From Trichoplax sp. H2 (Eukaryota): DNA of 64,000 nt. The position numbers were made by a program, and so were the translations under genes. Shown here piece by piece: positions 54,201 through 64,000 of the stretch (within the stretch, counting starts at the first letter, position 1; each line of letters begins with the position of its first letter). Below the pieces are notes generated by a model. That model worked only from the letters and a program-made list of their open reading frames with translations, was not told the DNA's origin and did no database searches. The stretch lies in the NCBI GenBank assembly GCA_003344405.1, contig NOWV01000014.1, positions 744,001 to 808,000 on the forward strand. Reading direction: 5' to 3'.

Positions 54201-57200
54201 ACTCTACACATATGCACATTAGTCTCAATAGCGTTTAGAGTATAGATTACATTTAATACTATAGTTATATCGTATGGAAGTATAAAGAACGTTTACGTAT
54301 ACTCTTACAACTTAAAGCATCTTAAAATAAGTATTACTTACGTATATTCACAGCAGTGCTAGTTATACGTTTCATGTGCACATTATCGATGACTTGACAA
54401 TTATAAGAACCAGCATCGGTTAGTTGAAGATTTGAGATAGACAGAATCATAATACTAGTATCATTGGAATCAAGTGGGACTAGAGACATTTTAATACGAC
54501 TTCCTAATAAAATTCGTTTGCCGTTCTGGAACCAAATAAATGTAGGCCTTGGTCGAGCTCGAGCCTCACATTGTAAGCCTGCATAACTTCCAATCAAAAA
54601 TTGAGTAGCATTTGCCTTTACAGTTACAAGGTCTAGAGGAAGATCTACAAATGAATAAAAAAACAACGGTTTCCTGTATTAGCTTTAATTTATCCGTAAC
54701 ATTTTCAGTCTGCTGAAGAGCACCAAACGTAAAATATTGATAATTATAATTTAAAAGTATTAAAATATATAACACTTTCTATTTTATTAAGTCAATCATG
54801 GGTAGATATCAAATACTAAACAGTGAAGCCAAGTTTTGTAATATATTAACAGATCAGCATAAATTTTTCAAGTGTAGCTAAAAACATTTCCTATGATCGT
54901 TTAATCTAATGGTTATTAAAAATTTTACTTTTAGAAAACTTAACATAGATGGGATGTAAGCAATCATCCATAAACACTTACATATATTAGCTTTTTGACT
55001 GTAAATAATAAGAATGTATGCGTAATTTTGGTTATCATTATCAAATTTTAATATTAAATGTTAGGTTTCTTGCTTACTGCCTATAACATACAAGTATATC
55101 GTTGTTGTATTTTATATGTATCAGTCAAGTATGTATCCTGGTCATAAGACAATACTGAAATATGCAAAAGTATTCTTTTAAAGCTACAAGATTGTTTTTC
55201 TGATTGTTAGAGCGTCGAATGATTATATGTCGTTCTAGTATCAAAAACTGCTCTGCCGCTATGTAATCAGTAGTAAGTAAAAACATAAGCTTTACTAATT
55301 GCATATCACCATGCCTGGTAATATGGTATCACATCGATTTCCAGCAATTCCAAAGTTGCACCTATAAATATTATATAAGTGATGTTAATGATGATATTTG
55401 CATAACGTAACCATTGAATGCCTAAACTGATGAGAGCGAAAATAGTATTCATGATAATATAATATATAAAATATTTCATGCTGATGAGTAAACTTGTTTT
55501 ACCTGCATTGTAATAAATCGCTGCCAGCGATCTGACTACATGTTCCATTACCATTGCAGAATTCTGGAGAGCAGGATATTCCTAAATTAATTACAACCAT
55601 AAATTTGAAAGGCGCAATCTAAGTTCACAACATAGTAATAAAAGTCTATCTTTGCTTGAAGTGAAGATTATTTGTAGTATCCTTATCAGAAGGTAACACA
55701 AGAAAATGTAAGAAATACAAATTGACACTTATGACTTACTTAAAGCATATACCCGACTCTGAACAATTATCGTGGAATTCTTATAATTTCCAACACATCT
55801 ATAGTCTCCATTGTTATCAATTGTTAAAATACTTATGACTAAGATTGACTGTATTGTAGTAGGGGTGGAAAATCCTTCTTTGTATATGATGTTGATATTG
55901 CCACCACCGCCAATGGGTACTCCGTTTTTAGTCCATATCAGTGTCGAATTGGGACGCGATTTGGCCTGACAAGTTAGAGCAATGTAAGAACCAAAGGTAT
56001 GCAAGGAAGTATTACTCTGTAATGTCACGTTGGTTAATGGAATGTCTGAAAAAGGTCAAAAATAGGTATTCATACAACACCATTAATCATACTTCTAACT
56101 TTATTTATACAGCTTTTTAAGATTTAGCGAAGAAAAATACTATCGTTATGACCATTTGAACTGGTTGGCATTACGTTATTTCTAAATTATAGCTAGCATA
56201 CGATATTAAAATTATCGGTTGCAGCAGGCATCTGATTCAATAAGCTCACCCGATAGATTAGTTTCGCAGAAGACACCAGTGTGAAAGGGTCTACAACTAT
56301 AGATTGATTATAAGGTTAAAATTGTTTGTAGAATTAGTAAACTCACACACTATGCAGTATGTGGTAAGCAAAAATTTAGTTAACTGCTAAGGAATAAGTT
56401 GAAATTATGCTATGCACATTTTACAGATAATATGTCTATCAAAATTAAAAGTTCTGGCTGATACTTCTTTAGAATGAAATCGTAGATTGCAATAAACTAA
56501 ATTATCATTTATATTGCTGGCTTTGTAAAGGTATTTCTACTTGCCTACAGACAGGAACCGCATTTATGATATTACACTTTCCATTGTCATTACATTGGAG
56601 AGGAGAGCAAGGGATACCTGTAAGAAATGATTAATTTAAAATGTCTAATAGATTATCTATGAAAAATATAGCGTATATAGAATATCATGAATTTATTGGT
56701 TGTAATTTTTCTACAATTATAACAAGACTTAAAAAGACGTAATAAGAAGTTCAAGCTACAGTTAAAAATATATATGCTTAGTATTGGCTATTGCTAATCG
56801 ATTTTTAGTCATATCGGTGATCGAGCTAACGAATTCAGCCACGTCAGTATTAGCTATCCATACTGGAAGATATAAATTAAATTTTATGAAGCTGCAGCAT
56901 AGATAAAATTAAGATATGCGAAGAAATCCGTCATTAATACAACTGCCACAGCCAAAAGAAAGGTATATCACTTATGTTTGTATAAATATATTGTGACACT
57001 GTAATTCATGTTATAAACTATCAAAAATTAGGTTTCAAAATTTGATTTTTATAATATTATAAATATACTATTAACTAGATCACGGCAGATTTTTAAATTT
57101 AAGTTGGTAAAAAAATGAGACATTTCGTGCGTTTAAATATACCATACCTATGATTAAAAACTTACTAATATTGATGATGTTACTTTTAACTACTTTGCCG

Positions 57201-60200
57201 GTAGATGGCTGCGTTGCGGAACAGCTATAGGCTCCAGTGTCCTTGGGTGATTGTAATATGAAGGACAATGATGATTTAACTTGATAATATTCTTTGCCTT
57301 GTATCGAAATGACGGAATATTTATTCCCAACGGCTATTAGGATATTATTTTTACTCCAACTAATAGATGATAGAGGATAAGAAGGAGCTTCACAGTCTAA
57401 TCTAACATACTGGCCAACTTTATATGTCGTGATGTCGGATCTTACAACCACGAATCTGAGTGGTATACCTGTAGTTAAATTGTTGTTATCAGACAAATTT
57501 ATTAAGCAGTGGGATGCAGTAATGGTTTCAGCTAATTAGAGTAGTTATGTATACAGATATCGTTGCTTGCTACTTTGTTGTAATGTGCCGAATCAATAAA
57601 GAAAGTATATAATAATAGAATTGAAAGGGTATTGAGGGAAATGGAGCCACTAAAAGATGGAATTATACGATAATAATCACTTACTGGATATTGTCTATAT
57701 CCAACAGTAAGAGAATACTTACTTGGCATAATTGACTCGCAATAATGTCCAGTGAATCCAGATTTGCAATGACTAAAAATTAAGTCGTCAAGAAGATTCG
57801 TAATTAATTCGTAAATTTACACGAAGGAAAATAAATTATTTGTGCAAATACCTGCATGATGGTGAACCGTTGACCATAGAGCAATACCCATGATTACTGC
57901 AAAATTCTGGTGAGCAAGTAAATTCTGAAGTAGAATCAGATTAGTACATTTAGAGTTTGACCATTAGTTTAAATTAGTATAGGTATTAAAAATTGGATTA
58001 TTTATGGACATAGAACGCAAGTCCTCTGATTATTCCATAGTCTATCAGCCAGTGAGTAGTATATCATCCATCACTTTAAACTTGTAGTATCTGAATCCAT
58101 ATAAGTGATAATACGATAGAATACAGCTCATGTGTGTACTTATAAGTTTAATTTTAAAGTCTTATTATATTCAGTTAAATGTAACGGAAACTATTTAATG
58201 TCTTTAGATTGTTATAATTTTTAAAGAAATAATACTTACGAATTGTGACTGAGTTACTTCGCACAATCTTGCCCTTTGAATCCATACCATTGCATCTATA
58301 GACACCGATATTTTCATGAACGACAGGATTGAAGTATAGCGCAGATTCAGCAATGAATTCTGACATGCTACTTGTTCCGAAATTGATATTATCATCGGCG
58401 GATATTGGAATACCATTTTTTGTCCACGATATTTTTGCTAATGGGTATGCGTATGCCATACATTGTAAAGATAGTTGCTGTCCAATAAGGTGAGTAGTAG
58501 CATTGGCTTGTAAGGTTATCTGTGATAAAGCAATATCTGTAAAATGAAGAATATGGAATAAAATAAATCAAGATGGAGAATGACTGTTCTGATACAAGTG
58601 GTAATAGCTGCCGTACTTAAATAACGAAAATCGAAAGTAGAACATGCATCAAGGGAATAGCAACAATGTATCAAATTAAGCTTTGATCTTACGGATTAGT
58701 TTTAAAGAAAATCTTTTAATTTTACAGCTGTTATTTTGATGCTTTACCTCTAACACATTCATTCCCATTCCAATATCCTGAATCACACAAGCAAGTAAAG
58801 GTTACCACAGGCTGAAGTATGTCAATGCATGTCGCTCCATAACTTCCACAGGGCGAACTGAGACATGCGCTAACGTCTAATCATGCGAGAAAATTAGTTG
58901 TTTAAAATACTGAAACTTACAAAACGTGGAAGATATTAGTAAACTTATTCGTAGCAATTATTCTCAACAATCGATTTCCTAAATTGTATATTAAGATGTT
59001 GATACTCTGACATTATGATTGTTGAAATTTTGTCTAATGTAACTGCTGCCTTTGTATAGTTTTTTTTGTTCATAATGAGCAATCTAGTTTAAACGAAATG
59101 TGCATACATTGACTTATGTTTAATGTTCAAGTAAATTTGGTTATTTTCTTTCAATAGAAATTAAACTAATTACTGGTACAGTCCTTACAAGATGGGCTTA
59201 ACTCGATATTATTTATTATACCACTTTTTGACTTTGAAATGTCCAAACTATTTTACTGATTACCGCAACTACAGATTTTATCCGTACTTGAAAATTATTT
59301 ATTTATTATCCTATATAAATTACTTTTTGATGGTTAGCCATGATATTATGCTAGTAAATGCAAATAAATACACTTTTAATAATTGTTAATAAATACGAAT
59401 TTACTTACCGGTGTGGCATATATAACTATTCAATTATTCGGTTGCATAAGAATAAAAGAGATTAGTATGATTTGCGAAAGAGAGGTAATTTTACTAAGTT
59501 TAATTAGAAATCCTAACGTTTCAATTTTTATTTGCATAGTATAATCAATTAAATTTAAAAAAACGAAGATCATTTACTTGGAAGGGAGCTGCGTATTATC
59601 ATTAATGCTTGCATCTAGAGGTTGATCTATACATTTGAAGTAATATGGAGTCATTATAAAATAATTAAAATTTGTCGATTGAGCAATGTATCATACTGCT
59701 AGTATGTCGTCCGAAAATGTATTTTTTATCACAACTTACCGATACAGAATGCTTGAGCACTCATGGTGGCAGAACATTGCGATAGATCATTGGTAGTATT
59801 ACTTTGTGGGCAATTAGCAAGATTAGGCTCGTTACCCAAGCAATCGATTTTTCCAATAATTGTTGGCATATTACTCGTGCCGCAACATTGGCTACGTAAC
59901 TGCGTGTCAGCGAATCCAAGTTGACGACATGCTACTTGAGCATCTTGGAAATGCCAAAAGTTAGTACATATCTTACCCCAAACTTGGCCGTTATAAATTT
60001 CAACTTGGCCTTGATTATACGATGTAGAACTTGTTAAGCGGATTCCTATCACGGTAGAATCTAAGTATGGATAGGATATTAATCCTTTGTATTACATCAA
60101 AACCTCGCAATAGTTTTCTATTTATGCCTAACCGTATTAAATAGTCAAGCTTTCATAGTAATATAGCATGTGTTATAATGACGATGGTTGCACCCGGTAA

Positions 60201-63200
60201 GAATATATTAATTGAAGTCATAATTTAAATTTTAATTATTCACAATTATCAAAGTGTGATGCTTTACTTCAGGATAATATCTATGGAATTGGTAATGCCG
60301 TTGTAAGTAATATGTTTCATATATATGTGATCTATATTAATATACCACACCTTTATTTCTAAACTTTTGATTTGTCGAAATACTTACAAAATAGGCAATT
60401 ATATCCGCTGTAACCGACTGGACATTCACATGTATAATATCCGAGAAACTCTTTGCAGACAGCTAGTCCTCCGGCCATGGATTGACAAGGATTACTGGCG
60501 CATTCATCAATGTCTGGTGAGATCCAATATAAACAAAACCTTGTAGGATTAATTTGTTTTATGCGCTTTACAATTACGGTATTAGAACGGTTAACGAAGT
60601 TGAATAAAATATATCAATTTGTTACTTTATTGACGACAAAATATACATATGCTCAAGTAAGGCAGTTTCGTGAAAGATAGCGCTAATAGGTTAGATTTGT
60701 AGAAGAACTAATTTATATACACGTACATAGTGATGTTAATAAGAAATTAAATTTTCGTCATGTTATTTCTGAGACATTTTTTCGCATAGCACTTCTATAG
60801 TAGTAAAGTGCAATCTTGTATAGTATACTGTATCATATTAACGTTTCTGGCTTTAATTACCGATTTCACAATTTTTGCCAGTATATCCCTTATTGCACTG
60901 GCAGATATACTCGTGGTCTTGTGCAAGTGCTACGCAAGTACCTCGGTTATTACAGGTTCCATTTTTGATATCGCAATAATGACCTATATTTGAAAATTGA
61001 ATAAAATAAAGCGTTTGATATCTAAACGAGTAATCATTATAAGATAATCACATCGATTTAAATGGCTTTTGAATGCTCACTACTGCATCTAATGGTTGCA
61101 TCCATGCTGTGTGTGCAAGTTGCGTTGACAGGTATATTTCGAAGGCAATCTAATGGCGAAGCTTCATCACCGTTACAGTTTAAGCTGTCAAAAAGGATTT
61201 TTCCATTACCACTACCATAGATAGTAGATGAATAGATAGTGGTTGCATTACCGAAACCAGCTGCTCTACATATGACTGTTGCATCAACTAGATCAAGACC
61301 AATATTGCATACTGTGCCCCAAACGCCATTTTGGTAAATTTCCACAAAACCTATTCCAGCGAATTTGCTACTGCCATTTATTCGAATTGCCCCATTTGAT
61401 ACTGCTACAAATTGGCAATTATCACCATAGTATCCATTGGGACATTGACAATAGTAAGATTCTCCTTTTGAAGCAGTAAAGCATGTTGCATTACTAGGGC
61501 ATAAATTTGCAGAGCACCAATTACCTTCGCATTCCACACCAGCTTCCTCATCATTGATGCAATTATGATATCCCCATCGTCTATGTTGACAATTGGATAG
61601 AAAACTTTCATTACCAACACATTTGACATCATCTAGCCAATATTTGGTTATGTTTGAATTATATCTTGAGCAGCAGTAGTACTTGCGGACTTTAGTAAAT
61701 CCAAGCTGTCTGCATGCAACATCAGCTGCTTTCAGATCGAAATAGTCGTCGCAAACGGAGCCCCAGGTACCATTGTAAAAGATTGCTAAGTTTCCAGTAT
61801 ACTTGTTGGGTCCACCGATTAATTTTAGCGGCTTTCCATGAATTACTACAGTAATTTTATTAAACAATTAGCAGGGAATTTTTTACGCGGGAGCACTGCG
61901 TAGCGATAAACTAAAATAATTAACTAACTGCATGAAAGTTCAAGTCGTTATTTATATGCTTACGTTAAATTGCATTTACCTGTTTCGCAATGTTTACCGG
62001 TGTGTTCAGGTTCACAATTACATTGATAAGTTGTGGGTGATTTTGTAGTACATGTGCCTCTTGGACATGGAGATGAGTAACATGGATCATCTAGAATCGA
62101 AGGTTGTGGCGGAGTACAGACTCCGTCAATTAATTGTAGCATTAGCCTTAGTAATTAGTAATTAAGATTATATTAATTGTTAATAACATTTATTTATTGG
62201 GTATGGGATAATTGTAACATTATTAGTAGTCTAGTTATACTTGTTGTAGACTCTGTGCAGAGTAGTGTATTTACAGAAATGATAACTAATAGTAATTTCT
62301 GTTGCTTTGTGCTGAGCCTTTGATTGTTAATTGGCTCTTAATTAGTTCATAACTCATTAGTGTTGTTTACGCCGTCTGCCATACTAAACCATATAGACAG
62401 TCGGCTATACAAAAGCTGTATACTTTTAGAGTTGTTTACCTAAGCTGTGCACCGAGTGCAACCGGGCTAGGGTATATAAAGCCCAGCGCTCTCACTAGCA
62501 GTACAGTTGTCGATTGACCGTGTAGTTAGAGTAGTCTTGGATGGCAAGATTACCTTGTTTAAATAAACTATTTTAAAAGCCTAAGACTAGTCTACACTTA
62601 GCCCGTTAGGGCATACTTGGCTGTTATAGCCTTAGTATTCGTACAGCTTCAAAGGCCCAGGTTTCCTTGTCGTGGGCTGATCACGACAAAGGTGCATTGG
62701 AGTGATTAATTTGTAATTTTGTTTAAGGTAATAAATAAATCAATCTAAATCAACGCAACATACCGGCACATTGAATTCCGACCAGACTAAAGTAGTCGCA
62801 AGATGGAGAGATCTTTGTATTTAGTTTACAGTCTAAGATGGAAGTTTCATTTCCGGAGCATAGAATACCAGCTGTAAATGAAAATGTGATAGCATATACC
62901 GACGATAAGATGGCTTGAAATTACAACTAAGATAATCTAGCCGTAGTAGTAGATTTTACTTGACATCTAAATTAGTTCCGATGATGTTGTGATCTACATC
63001 TACTGTATAAATATTTTTGTGAAAGAATTTATTGCTACCATTTCCTTTCTAACAACGTTCAATTACTTCTCTTATTCTCGAAACATCGCTCGTGTTCATT
63101 TTACAGCTAATAATTTCATGATAGAATGATTACTATATCTTTCATTATTACTACGCTATTGCTTTGAGATAGGAAATTGTTTTACTAATTCTAGCAAACA

Positions 63201-63921
63201 GAATAAATTTGATCGGATCCATAGAAGCGAGATATTACAGGTCATGAAATGTATAGCACAGGTAGTAAAAGTCTTTCCTATTGATTCTAATATAGTATGT
63301 TAAGTAAATATACTATAAATTATGATCTTATGATGGCAATTTTATTATAAAAACGTTGGCGAAATTTATCCCATCTTAAAACATTAATAAATTGCTAATT
63401 CATAAAATAGCTAAATAAAAGAATATACTTGCATCTCTAACTTACAATAGAATATTTTTCCTGTGACATGACCATAGAAGCTCCTCTGGTAGCGATTTGC
63501 CATATAAGGATAATTTAGCTTCGAACAAATAAGCGAAGCAGCCGCGTTATTGAAGGTATTTTGATCACAGACACTGCCCCAAGTTCCATTGTGATATATT
63601 TGCAGCGTTCCTGCCATTACATTATTGCCTTGAGAAGATGTAAGCCTAACATCGCCTTCAGTCGCTCCTAAGTAAGCATAATGCTAGCTATTATTATACG
63701 CGTAAGTGCGCTCACGATACTTTATCGCAATGTTCTAATTATGATGCTAACTAGCGTATAATATATGGCTACTACGAATAATTTCAAGTTCTTTTACAGT
63801 TCTAACTAACTTTCTGTACAAAATCTTCCATGAAATCCTTGAGGACAATAGCAACTATATCCGTAAGGATGATCCAAACATGTGGCAGAATTACCACAAG
63901 GGTTATTATTGCATTCAATTT
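51278..63921 (-). CDS. Large type I membrane receptor, 3' part; 5' end lies beyond the window. Architecture: EGF-SRCR-EGF-SRCR-EGF-SRCR-EGF-EGF-SRCR-EGF-(Ig-EGF)x5-TM-short tail
   Basis: SRCR domains (G.L/V.I..NG.WG..C) at ~63.67-62.76, 61.83-61.52, 61.39-61.06 and 60.06-59.74 kb. Ig exons with C...W...DxGxYxC-type motifs at 58.5, 57.4, 56.0, 54.6 and 53.1 kb, separated by split EGF exons. TM exon 51897-51812 reads '[28 protein letters not shown]'. The tail ends '[13 protein letters not shown]' with TGA at 51278-51280. Confidence 0.88.
62242..62700 (+). mobile_element. Probable LTR-retrotransposon LTR with degenerate tRNA-Gly primer-binding site, inside an intron of the SRCR receptor gene
   Basis: GC-richer 447-bp island starting TGTTGT (62242) and ending ACGACA (62688), with TATATAAA (~62473) followed by AATAAA (~62562). 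It is followed by GGTGCATTGG (62691-62700), complementary to the tRNA-Gly(GCC) 3' end. No target-site duplication is visible. Confidence 0.5.
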
Positions 63922-64000
63922 CTGTAATTTAAAAAGCAATGACATGTAATTATCGGTTATATTATAAACATTGAAGTCTATAGTGGCTTAGAAAATTTAA

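Overview
This is AT-rich eukaryotic nuclear DNA with short GT-AG introns. It is most likely placozoan (Trichoplax-like); this is inferred from the compact gene structure, the intronless class A GPCRs and the abundant ACAGT/ACTGT repeats. Conserved genes are RHBDD1/RHBDL4 rhomboid protease (-), NDUFA8 (-), TRAF3IP1/IFT54 (+) and condensin II subunit NCAPG2 (+). The window also holds three intronless rhodopsin-class GPCRs and the 3' ~12.6 kb of a large single-pass receptor gene (-) built from SRCR, EGF and Ig domains. A decayed paralogous copy of that receptor's 3' end lies at 41.8-43.6 kb. The most striking item is a tandem pair of intronless, bacterial-type ATP-grasp ligase genes (DcsG/RimK/GshB-like) among ordinary animal genes. 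They are a candidate horizontally acquired, duplicated small-molecule ligase system whose differences cluster in patches. Non-coding structure includes scrambled modular ACAGT arrays, a tandem pair of hairpins, a foldback MITE-like element with 10-bp flanking direct repeats, a probable LTR with a tRNA-Gly primer-binding remnant inside an intron, and several GC-AG introns. All identifications come from reading the sequence; no database search was run.
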